Assembly: GCA_030141605.1 (NCBI GenBank)
Contig: JAQGDQ010002383.1
Location: 186,001-250,000 of the forward strand
DNA: 64,000 nucleotides
Direction: 5' to 3'
Origin: Tubiluchus corallicola
Lineage: Eukaryota; Animalia; Priapulida
Positions 40,851-53,300 of this stretch are shown here, piece after piece. The translations under genes were made by a program, and so were the position numbers. Position 1 is the stretch's first letter. Each line of letters begins with the position of its first letter. The notes under the pieces were generated by a model. That model was not told the origin of the DNA. It searched no databases and saw nothing but the letters and a program-made list of their open reading frames with translations.

Positions 40851-41972
40851 CACACCCAATAACTATAGACAAGTCAATAATGTTCCATCTAGCAGCAGTG
40901 TAACTGCACAGCTAAATAACACAAGGAGGACGTTTTCAACAGAACGACTGAACTACACCAAACAACAGGGGCAACTTTTGTAGATGGTGTGGTGCTGGTA
41001 GGAAGAGAACCTTTCATGAATGATAATCCTCTGCGATTTCAAATTAGGCACTCATATTGCGAACTAGCAACAGTTAACGTGGCAGTAGTAAGGCATTAAA
41101 GTTATTATGAAGTTCCAAGTAGGGTATGGAAGTTATTATAATTTTTGGTTTCGATGCTTAATAAATTACTTAATAAAAAGCTGATTCGACTCCAATGTTT
41201 ACATTGGAACTGGAAGTGGTGCTGAATTGTGAATGTGTGTGTAACGTATTTTGTTAATCATGTTTACTATTGACAAGCTATCAGCATAGTAGTGTTAGTT
41301 TTTTGCTGGATTCACTGCTATGTTTACCTGTATTGAGAGCAGATTTCTTTTATTTTAGAATTCTCCCTGTCCACTACAACATGTGGTTGTTTCTTCTCCT
41401 CTTTTCCTTCTTCCTATCCCTAATCTTACTATTTTTTTCCATTCCATCATTTCTTCTTGCCCCAACCATTCTTTCATTCTCTCATTTCCTGTCACCTCAA
41501 CAAGCCAAGCTTTCAAGGTGTCATACAGCAACTCTTTTATTTGGTTAATTTGACTTCATCAACGTTTTTTAACCTATACTGTTTCTTTTTTTTCAATAAT
41601 TTTGTACGTTGATGTATTGTATATGTATTGCTGGAGTGAAATAAATTGATTTTGATTTTTGAACATAGTCGTAATGGGAATAAACTATAATGATACGATG
41701 ATGAATGTTTACAGGTTCTAAACTGTACTTTGCTCATCGGCTTTACTAGAAAACCTGTATACAGAGTTTGTATTGTTTTTGTATATTTTTGTAACTACAA
41801 CACTTAGTGAAAACACATCGTGAAATCAGACGCGCCATACATTCTTGCTTTCAATGCCAGCTGGAGCCTGGGTCAGTTGCTTAGCGATAAATAACCTAAA
41901 TTTGTTAATGTAAGTCACTACGGTTGCTAGATGGAGACTTACTTTTTGCATCAGACTGAATAACAATAAAAA

Positions 41973-42035
<63 letters not shown>

Positions 42036-42112
42036 CAGCAGTAGCAGTAGCAGTAGCAGTAGCAGTAGCAGCATCAGCAGCAGCAGCAGCAGCAGTAGTA
42101 ATAATAATAATA
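41973..42112. repeat. (GTA)n-(GCA)n-(TAA)n compound microsatellite
   Basis: Directly visible. Confidence 0.95.
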
Positions 42113-42822
42113 ACTTGTAATTCATAATGGATCTATTTCAGATATTTTAGTATAATACAAGTACTGTCATAATATTCATTCACAGACCAGTTAGCTCAAG
42201 GGAAAAGAATTTTCACCTCAAAAACTGCTATATATATATATATTATTTATATATCATCTATATATACATTTATTTGCATATTATAATGCCATACATTGAC
42301 AAGTTAGTATGATGGTAGCAATGTAAATTACTAAAGTAATTAATTAATTGAACAAAAGTGTTAGATACATAGTTTCAATTTCATCGTACGTAAATTCGGG
42401 TATTAATATTTCGTTGTTCAACGTTCAATAAAATTCACGTGCTACTACTAATCCGATCATTGCAACCATAATTATTGTCATAATAACGTAGAAAAATTTT
42501 ATTCTTTCCCAACGTTGTTAAGCTATTCTGAGTATTTAAGACTGACAATGCACGCAAGAGTTCATTTTTAGAGTTATCAATTGATTTCGATAGATTCAGA
42601 GCACGTTTAACAATTATCTTTGTAAGAGGATACGTGTCTGCAAAGCATGTTGTCATACTACAATGAGAATTCCTTGGAAAAACACGGCGTAAAATTTTTC
42701 TATATTCCATTGCTAATGGATCGTTATTGTCTGTTAACTCAAATATTGAGCTACCATAGAAAAATGTATAGCAAAAAATATGAAGATAACAATTTCATTA
42801 AAGCAGATTTATTAGTTATTAG

Positions 42823-43060
42823 TAATAATAATAATTTCGTTTAGGACATAGTCCAGGGATATCACCTTAAGTAACTCAATACTTTTCAAGATGGTCCCGA
42901 TTACCCGTTCAAGGTGGTCCACGTACTACGATAAGTACGTGTGCTTGGTTGAAGAACCAGCGGTACCATTTTCAAGTATTTGGTATGACTCGGTCGGGAG
43001 TTGAACCCGTGACCTCCGGAGTGAGAAGCGAGCACGCTACCATTGAGCTACACCACCCGG
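42823..43060 (-). mobile_element. tRNA-derived SINE with Meta-domain-like core
   Basis: A box TAGCTCAATGG and B box GGTTCAACTCC, then GTCATACCAAATACTTGAAAATGGTACC (MetaSINE-like), and an (ATT)n tail. Confidence 0.82.
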
Positions 43061-44919
43061 TAAGTAACAGTTAAAAAAGGATGAAAGTGAATTAGCAGCT
43101 GTAAAGCCACTTTTGAAATATATGACATCCAGTGATTGATTTAAATCATAGGTGACAATACGCCCTAAGTGATTAACACTATCGTGCCATTTTAATACTT
43201 TTCCATTAATTTCAATATTAGTTACATTAGCATGTTTTCATTTTCTGAATAGAATCATTTTCGGTGGCAAACTCCCTGCATCTTTTAATCATCTTTTTTG
43301 AAGCATTTACAGACGGAGCAAGGAGAGTTACGTCGTCCGCGTAACCAGTCGCCCCGACAAATTGGTTTAGCAAGTAACATTCTAATCTGCTTTTTTAGCT
43401 TATGTAGTAGATCATTAATATATACCGTGAACAAAATCAAAGAAAGCATGCTGCCTTGTCTTATTCAGTGAGTCGGCAGTATCACAGGTCACGTGACGCA
43501 AGTAAGCAATAGCTACCCTGCATCTTTATTCGAATAGCTCACAGCGCAAAAAAAGCTTCGTGCCAATCTAAAGGCGAACTATTCTGCGTTTCAGCGTTGC
43601 ACGGCAATTAAAATCTCCACCGAACTTTCGTGTTGAACTGCAAACGTGAGCATTACATACAAATAAGATCTTGGAAATGTGGTATAACTTTTCCACCTAG
43701 ACATTTCATACTCAACATGCAGCTGGTCTTTTCTTGTCCTTTAAATGATCGGTTGTGTCCGAGTTTCACCACTTTTTGAGGATGCGGTAACTGTAATGTT
43801 ATTTCAACATTTTTAACGTGCAGTTAACTTAGGAATTAATTACAGCCTATAAACTGTTAGCTCAGCTCTTTAAAAAACGAGCCCACTTCCTAAATTCCCA
43901 TTTCCAGAATGGCTTAATAAAATTACAGGTCAATCGGGTAAACGATAATAATTTTGCACTTTTTTGAAAGCGACTTGCTGCTCCTGTTCTAATAGCATAA
44001 ACACTGCAGCAAATAACAAAAAGTCATATTATGAATGTACATATTATTGCGCTTTTTACTCATAATTGTGGAGCAGCTTTCATCGATTCAATGGCATGCA
44101 GCATCGTTATTAATATATCCCTGGAACAGGATATGATCACATATTATGAGTCTTCTCTTCCTGGAGGTAACTTAAATTAATGACTTGCGTAACAGTAGTA
44201 TAGATAGACATTTCGCACCACAGAAAAATCGTATAATACTGCGCGCTACAGTCAAGCACGCAATTCTGCATAATTTTACATAATTCCAGACACATTTTAG
44301 ATAAATTCCCACAAAGTTAGTCACATGTATCATGATGTATGTCGTTTGGTAAAACTAAAAACACTTACCGTAAAAAAATTATAACATTTCCGCCAAGAAT
44401 TTTTCCCATCCACCATTAGACAGCAATGCCAGCTTACAGCTATGAAGGTAGGGTTACCAAATTAACGTATTTTCAACAAGCATGAAGTTCTAGCAATCTT
44501 TGACAAAACGTCGCCCTGCGGTCACTTTTAATCAACTGGACCTTATGTCGTATTGTTGTTTTGTTAACTCGCCAGTGAGCATTTCGTCGTCTGCTGATTG
44601 CACCTGTTGCGCTCAGGTGAAGATGCTTAGCTTCCGGCTTCAGCGAATGAATGTTGAAACCTCCTCTGGCTGAATCAACGAAGCTGTAATCAGATACAGC
44701 GCCACACTGTGGCAAATACTCTAAACATTGTACATGCAGAACCAAGCCGTCTGTGTACACTTCACATTTTCATAGCAAATTTCCTTCAATAAAATAATGC
44801 AAATGTTATGTGAAATTTAATATGAAAAGTTTGTATGTTTGTGAATGTCCTTATTGGATATTACATTCTCTGATATATTCCGTATAATTAAATAATCGTT
44901 TTATACTTTTTTGTTTGCA

Positions 44920-45052
44920 TTTAGACACATTTGTCGTGAAACAGTGTTATTATTTTAACATTATGACTATAATGTTGAGGCTTACTCAGTTTTATTGTAA
45001 AAACAATGAATCATTTTAATGAGAAATAAAATACTACTACTACTAATAATAA
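44920..45052 (+). mobile_element. 3'-terminal fragment related to the 10.3-11.2 kb LINE
   Basis: Matches 11090-11185 (CATTTGTC.TGAA..AGTGTT.TTATTTTAACATTA...CATTTTAATGA.AAATAAA) and has a (TAC)n tail. Confidence 0.65.
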
Positions 45053-45191
45053 ATGCCTAGGCGTTCAATGAGGGTGCCAATAGGAAGGAAAAAATTTACT
45101 ATTTGTATAAAAGAGGACGTCTTATGATCAATTCTAATGTGCAATTCAGAGCCAATGCTAATGTATCAGGTTTTTAATTTACAGGCCAATG

Positions 45192-45807
45192 TTAAAGGAA
45201 AACAGGATAATTCTTCATATATTGCTCCATTTTCAGGTCAGATAAAAAGTATGCATTTTAACAGAGTTAATACTGCGAAAATTGTTTCTGATAACCAAGT
45301 AATAGATTTTAAACTTAATTAACGGCAGACGAGCACAACTATTCATGACATCACAAACTAAAATAATTTTCAACAACAAAATCTTTCCATGAGTACGTTG
45401 CACAGTTTGTTAAAGCGAAAATTGAAGTACAGTGCTACTGTAAGATTTCAGTGTGCTGTACTAAAATTAGGCAAGCTCTAAGATAAAAATTCACATTTCA
45501 AATTCACCTCTGTGCTCACACATAAGCTGTCTAACGTGTGTAGTTTGTCACAAACTAACACATGTAAACTGATAGGTACAGCACCTGTTTTTGTACAATG
45601 TATTTCCGAAATACAGACGCTACTGCCCATCCAACTACGAATGGCAAACAGCAAGGAACTAGTGACGCGAAAGCGAAATTGTGTTTGTGTGGTGGTAATA
45701 ATTGTTTCACGTAAGTCACTTTTGAAAAAAAGTATGTTTCCTTTGAATATTTTAAAGAGTAGTTTGTTTTGACCTACAGTTTAAGATTGGGTCCAGTTTT
45801 GCTTTAA
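45192..45807 (+). mobile_element. Kolobok-like family A, full copy
   Basis: TTAAAGGAAAACAGGATAATT ... GGGTCCAGTTTTGCTTTAA; closely similar to 3744-4328. Confidence 0.82.
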
Positions 45808-45829
45808 GAATTTAGTGCTCAGACATAGC

Positions 45830-45835
45830 TTTATT
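45830..45835 (-). promoter_or_regulatory. Candidate poly(A) signal of the MTA gene
   Basis: First canonical minus-strand AATAAA I noticed, ~1.4 kb past the stop codon, lying just before a MITE. ATTAAA variants occur slightly earlier. Confidence 0.35.
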
Positions 45836-47209
45836 TCTCACACTTTTATGTATTATGTACCAGTTTGAAACTTCAACATTTTTCCAAAAATGCAAAAAGT
45901 GACAAATTTAGACAATATACAAGTACAGATTTAATTTATATATTATTTAATTGGTATGTCGGACACATGAAAATCAACATGTTTTTTCAAAATATTCAGC
46001 ATTAGTCTTTTTGAGTTTGCCTTCAACTCATATTATTGTCATTTGTCTCTTACTAAAAAATCAGTTACGTTCACTTAAGAACTCAAATTAATTAGAAGCT
46101 TCTGAATAAACTACACGGGTTTCCTCTTTACGAAACATTAGAAAAACCACAAAAGCTTATGATGTTTTCTGGGACCATGATGACGTGGCTTGATTCTGAT
46201 TATGTAAGTAATCTGATTATGCTATGACGTATAATATAATATGGCTTGATGTATATAATTCTGATTATGCTATGACATGTATAATATAATAAAGACAGAT
46301 TTTACTATTGCGAGTCAGCAGAGAGATAGCTTGTAAAAGCATCAGTAGAAAGAAATGGAAAGCAAAATACGTTCAAATAAATACAATCAAATTGAAAATA
46401 TTCGTCATTTCTGACAACCAAAAATACGTGTATTATTGTGCTGACATGATAATAAAGATGACTGAGACATCAAATACACCTTGCAAGACTGAAGACAATT
46501 TCAGACAATATTACATACGCAATAGATTACATAGGTCCCCATATTGATTTGATTACTGAGTGTAATCCGTAATAGGATACCCTGAACCTAGACCTGTGTG
46601 TGCATTTTCAATGAAATCAAATAACATGTATCCCCTAAAATACAACCACAAACATAAATGCAGGCCATATGAGTGCTTGATAAAGACACATAGAAAACAT
46701 ATGTGCAACAGTAATACAAAAACTGTGCTTAAATCAAGTCATCTAAACCAAAAATCATTAGTATTCTTCAAGGTTATATACAGATGTAACCAACATTTCA
46801 CTAGTGGCACACAGTGTTTTCTAGGAACTTAATTTCTTAGTACAGATCTGTTTAGAAGTTACGAAAATATCCCTAGTCTATTGCTTCAGACTTAAAAGTA
46901 ATTTTTTATAATATCAACTTATACAGGAACTATTCTTCAAGAAATGGACTATGACCCCCCTATTGTTTGGAAAGCTTCTCGGATCTTATCCTAAATACTG
47001 CACATTTCAAGCAATTTGTGAGACAAATTGTGGTCATCCCCAATAACAGAACAGGTTTGAATAAGAGCCTGGCATATGACACTCTGTGCCATCACCTTTG
47101 CAGAAAATGCTAAAATTAAAATTATTTACACAACTATAGCTATATGGAAAAGGGAAGAGTTAAGTGGTGTAGCCACGACTAAGCTTGCATTACAAGTAAT
47201 GGGTTTAAA

Positions 47210-47330
47210 TTAGTCGAGAATGACGACTTGATCCGAGCGTCCAAAACCGGGAGTTTTCACGTTCACTCTTCGCCACGGTTTGCGAGCGATCTTTCTCAGT
47301 TCGATTCCAGTCAACTGTTTACGAACTTTC
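47210..47330 (-). CDS. MTA1: MTA terminal coding exon 12 (R2 motif)
   Basis: Acceptor ttttag|; encodes [39 protein letters not shown] (compare MTA1 KIRKLLSSSETKRAARRPYKPI). This exon is absent from the ORF track. Confidence 0.9.
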
Positions 47331-50300
47331 CTAAAAATAAGAAACAGCTCGAGCATAGGATACAAAACGCGATGAATATACATCTACTGCTTTTAAATTT
47401 TAATATTTCTATTGTTTATAACACAAGTATGTCAACGAAATCTGGTAAAAAAATTCCATGTAACAAACCTAGTATTATCAGTAGCATGGAAGTAGACATC
47501 ATCGGGAGCCTCAACCCAGTTCAGTAAGTGTCTTTTTCCTGCGCGGTTCATCGAGATTTTATCCCGTCCGTTGAATCCATGTGCACCCATTCCCATCATA
47601 GCCTGCAGTCGCTGGGCACCGTACACGGCACTGGGACGCTGGAGAATTTGCCCAGTCTGAGGACTAGGAGCCAACACAGGACGCTTTGCTGGATGACCTA
47701 TTAAAACAAAAAAGCAATGACTGTTATGGGCGATGTGACATTAATTTGCAATATCATGTACCTAATAAGAGGCTTACAGCATCTTTAATATAACTGTCAA
47801 CACTGGACAATGGTTTGCAGACAATCACTAAAATAACTTGGGAAATTAAACTTGTAAATGTAAGAAATGTAAAAATGTAAAGCCGAGAATCGAACATTTT
47901 ATCGACTGTGTTCAACTGAATATAATCCAATTCACAATTCAATCCAACTAACAATTACGTTGAGTGTACGTACTCCCCTTTAAACAAGAAAATTCTGTAA
48001 CAATGAGCAACAGTCATTTTCCTCTGTAACCTATTGCATTTTTCATTATGACCGTCACTTGACCCCTGACTAGATCATCATCTAGCATTTCTTTGCTACT
48101 TGGTACAATGCAATGAAACGTGTCATACAGAAACAAATATATTCAGTTTTCAGCAACATGATGGTCACCTCGTATAAGGTTTCTTTGCCGTCTTTTTCAA
48201 TTATTGATTAAATACAGCGGATTGGTTGGCTATTTTTGTCAAACCTCAACTACATCTTCTCATGGTCCTTAAGAAAAACTGATAAGCGATTGCCAATGTA
48301 TTGACAAGCCAAGAAGGAACATGTAAGTTTTCGACAAGAGGCTGGTTAATAGTTGTACATTGATTTGCAGTTTTCCATCTGTCTTCAGGTCAGTCTTTTA
48401 TCCTCTGTCCATTAGTGCTCACTTAACAGAATCTGATAAATGCTTGACAGAGTTTGGACAAAATCGTTGACATGTTCTAGCGCAAAAGCATCCTAAGGAA
48501 CATCTCATCGTTCAAGTTTCGGACAATTATTGAAAATGTAGGTTTTACTTTGAAGGCAAAAAATTTATAAGTACTTGGGAACATAAAGCATAAAAACAAT
48601 TTTTAATCGATGATAAATGATCTGAACGCTAAATGGAATAAAAAATTACAAAATCTTAACACTAAGTTAATTCAATACGAGCTAATCCCAAACACAACCC
48701 TTCATTTATCTAATAGTACAGTATTAATGGCAGTGAGGGGTGGGGCACTCATTTTAAGCTGAAATCTTTAATAACAATGTAACTGCTGCTTACGATAATA
48801 GAAGCCGGGAGCTTAAATACAAAATTTTGTAGATTTATTCTATGAGTTAGCAATAAATTTAATACGAGCGCAGTACAGGGCGAACTTGGCAAATAGCCCA
48901 TTGGTATAAATATAATCTGTAGAATATAATCGGTATAAATAATTGGCTACTGGATAAGTCTAATCAATGTGATAAACAAAATGGAGAAAAAGTTTCACTG
49001 ATATTTTAAGCTTAAATGTCCTGCCTTTACATCTATGAATAATGATGACAGACACTTGTTTTCGGCAGGAAGTGGCAATCAAAAAACATTACTAGTTGTT
49101 TGTAATTTAATACGCAAACGTTTTCTAAATAGGAAGGATTTACGGAATTTAATATTTATACATTTTATTGTTACCTGATTTTGTTAAAGTGTTACTTGTG
49201 TATGTATAGTTGGGTTTATGGCATACATCAGGGTTTGATGTTGTTTTATAATATGTTATGTATCAATTTGTACTTATATTTCTTTTTGGCATTTTGTACG
49301 TAATGACCATGCACTCTGATAAATACACTTTCATTCAATAAATTATTTAAAATATTCAGATGATAATTAGTGTGATAATAATTTGAATTTTTTTCTCTCG
49401 ACTCAGTATTTCTTCCTCCATAGAATGGTGTTGGTCCCATGTAAAATTGTGGTTGTGTACGCAAGAGATAGAAAACATGTTTATTTTTAAAAAAACAAAA
49501 CAATTATTTTATCGTCTGTTTATCGTACCAACCTTGCCGTTTTAATTTTACTTTAGTCAAAATGATTAATCAGACAATAAACTTACTTAAAGGACAAAAA
49601 ACTTTACTTACATAAAACTAAAAAAATCACCTTGAAATTTTGTATCACCTACATGCTGTCTTATTGCGTACAGAGCTTGTATTAGCAGCATCGCTAGATA
49701 AAACTTGAAAACTCCCGCGACGACCATCAGGTACAGCCATTTTAATGGCAGGTCATTTAAAATAAGTTGAAAAAATAATCAGAGCATTCGTAGCGCACAT
49801 TTCACTAACTGAACAAAGGTACAAATTGCTGAAACTTGTCAAAAAGATTAAAAATAAGTTTTTTTTGGCGAGTTAGAAGTGCAAACTTGAAGGGTGAGCC
49901 AATGACATTTTACCAATTGGTGGCGAGAACACTACAATTTTCTTTCCCACTTACATACATTTTTCAACTAAGCATGATGCAAAGTGCTATAACTTTGTGT
50001 GGCAAGTTTTTTGGGATTTAAAACTGCTCGTTATTCCACTTTAATTTCAAGCACCAGACTGATCTACTCAATATCACATTCCAAGAAACTAATCTAAGGA
50101 AACTTACCATCACCACCTGCATGATCAAATGCACGTTTCTTCATGATGGTGGGTGCCAAGTTACCAATACCTGTGCTGCCACCTGTAACCATTTCAGACA
50201 TTCTCTGCAGTGGATCAGTTACAGAACGAGCAGGCCTGGCACTTTTACGCTCTGAAATAAATGTAAGAATTGCAATCACCAATGCAATGCAATGCAGCAA

Positions 50301-53300
50301 ACGTTAAATGATGCTCCAAGTCATAGGAAAAATCAAGCTGCACTAAGCATCTTGAACTCCCAGTAAGGTTCTTTTACCTTCTTAGATAAGCTACGTTTTG
50401 TCTAGGAATCGAGTGAATTCTACGAAAAACTGGAAAGCTAAATACAGAAATTTACAGTTTACAATGGCCCAGTCCATGAATGAACTTCGACAAATGTAAA
50501 GCTTTTGCTTGCATTTAGTCAAAGTACTTCCTTAAGACTGACTAAGTCAACCACACAAGCAATCTCATCAGCCAAGACAGCTTTCTAGATGGATAAGCTA
50601 CGCTCACTATTGAAAACAAAGTTCTTATTTGATGAAACATAATGATGTGAAATTTCCCCTTACTTGTCTAGTATTCGTGTTTCAAAAATTAGAGGTGGCA
50701 ACATCCTTCAAATTAATTGACAAGCTTACGTGATACGCGGTCCTCCCGAGGCATTATCGCAGCGGGCTTGACGGGCGTGTCCCGAGACTCTCTAGTTGCA
50801 GTTCCTCCGGTAAGAACGTCTGGTTTGCCAGTTGATAAATCTATTCCCAAGCGTGCCACAATGTCGTCTGTTCCTGATCGCTTCTTAGCAACCATCTTGC
50901 CTATAATTACGTAAACACTGTACATGTATTATGGTGCAACTGTGATAGCTTAACAAAATCTACGCAAGCATGTAACATTTCAAAATGGCCAACCAAACCT
51001 ATAAGACGAATCAATGACTTGAATTAAAATACTACATTACGGAGAGAAATAAGGCAATTCAAAGAATCAACTAAAGGGTGGGTTGTGCTAACGCATTATC
51101 TATTTTACAGTTGACTTAAACCTGCCACTCTGTACGACAGAGTGGATGCTCGTACAAACACATTATCTGACTTCTGCTCTCATCAAGGATTTGGATGGTT
51201 TCTAGATGAAGCTTACTCATGGAATGACCAGAATAGCAAAAACAGTTGCAGGTATAGTCTGGTTCTGAGGGTGCCCTCATCACTGAGTTCACGTCGGTGT
51301 AACTTAAGCCAGCCACAAAAAAATTGTTTCTGTCTTACCTCATCAACTCAAAAGATGGCAGCAGGAAGGGAAGAAAATTTTTTTTTAAAGCTTTGTGAAT
51401 GTGAATCGTGGAATATCAATTTCATTTGAAATTGAAGTTTGTTTACTTTCCACTGGTTAGTAGTAATGCTTTAAATTTTTTCAATGCACATTTATCACGC
51501 TTTGATTTTTAGCTTTTTGTTTCACATTACTAAACTGTCGTACAGTATCAATTATCATGTAGTCTCTTTTTTGTATAGTACAAATATATGATCTGATAAT
51601 CACGCCTAAGCGGCAGTACTACTCGGGCGTTAATAGCCATTAATATGCTGATTAGGCAGAAAAAATTATACGTTCTAGCCTCCAATACAGTAATCAGCAT
51701 CATACAAAATGGCAACCCTGGAGAGTTTGGCAACCCAAAAAACATGGATGCATCCTCGCTGAAATAATAATTATTGCATTTTACATTTGAAATTAAAAAG
51801 AATGAGTCGGTGAGACTTAATAGGGAAAAGCTGGGAAGAAGAAGATTTGAAATTTAAAAAAATACTATTTTACATGAGTGTGTCAGTATATGAACATACA
51901 AAAACAATTATAAAATTACCCGGGTGATTAGATGGAAACAGAAGTATTTTTACTGTCGGCCTTAGGCATGAGAATCATAATTATTAATCCCCTCCTACAT
52001 GCTTTGCCCACCCTATTGTCACAAAGTTTGTTAGGCCAACATTAACATGTTGTTTTTTAGTTTTTTTATCTGCACCTGCGAGCGTTCAATGTAATAGTAG
52101 TATACTAGTACTTATAACTGTAGAACAGTAGCAGTGGGAAAGGCAGCAGCAACAATTACTGAGTTCATTGCCTTTTAAATGTCTACTTAAAACAATGTGG
52201 GAATCAAGAAATGGCTTCACTCTACCAATCTATAATTTATAAACTAATAGAAATGGCTTCACTCTACCAATCTATAATTTATAAACTAATAGACTATTTA
52301 CTCAGCAAAATGAAATATTTGTTATGGCTTTCATAACCTTACTTTGAATAAAATGGATGTATCCATATAATCTGCTTAAAATGTATATGAAGTATGACTA
52401 TCACACATTTTAATTAAACTGTAATTATGTTAACCAACCTAAAGGTTTGTCTTTATCAGCAGCAATCCTAGCTTGGCATTCTGCTTTAATCGCTGCTGCA
52501 TTGATTGGTTCAAAAGGTTTTCGCCCGGCGTGTCGAACTCGCAACATGTCACCACACACTCTCCGAGCAAGACGAGTCAGAGGTGTAGTGTGCAGGCAGA
52601 ATGCTGCCCGAGTCTTTACAATGGGACGAGGACTCCCGGAGCGCATCGCGAAGCCATGCATAGCTGCACAGTGACGAACCAGCTGCGTGCGCATCTTAAA
52701 CTCCTTTCCACAACCTGCAAATGAACAAATTTGAACGTGCAATCATAAACCAGGACTATGAAACAGCCAAAAGACTAAACATGAAAATGATTTCTTTGTT
52801 GATTCAAGAAGCCAGAAAATCAATAATGTTTTGATGCAAAATAAAAATGTTTCTTTCACAAAAAGTGCGAATGAGAAAAAAAATGAGAAAAACTGTGTTC
52901 TTTGTATTTATTTCCAGTCCTTTAAAACACTAGTTTTCATGAACTTTTTCAAGTATTTCCTAGCAAAAATTTGCTCACATATGCAAAAATACCTCCATAA
53001 CTGTAGTTCATTCAGCCTATCAGCACATGTGAAAATAAAGAGAAAACCATTAATAATTATGCTGGAAATTTTGATAGAAGTGAGAGTTCAGTGGACAGGG
53101 TTCCTACAGAATTTTAAAATAAATTTCCATGACCTCCGAAACTTTTACCTGACCAAATATAGATTTTCCATGACGAAGATAAGCAGAAACTGTATTACCA
53201 GTAAACGTAATTAAACATTTTTATGTGTGGACATTCATACATATACTGATATATAATGTGTCTGCACAATTGCAGTAGTGCTAACGAAATGACACTAATT

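Noticed and set aside
42985-43055. tRNA gene
   Set aside because: A and B boxes are present, but the sequence continues into a SINE body and tail that are repeated at 40.2 kb.
51116-51429. Extra MTA exon in intron 8
   Set aside because: It shows no MTA similarity, and exons 8 and 9 already join in phase.
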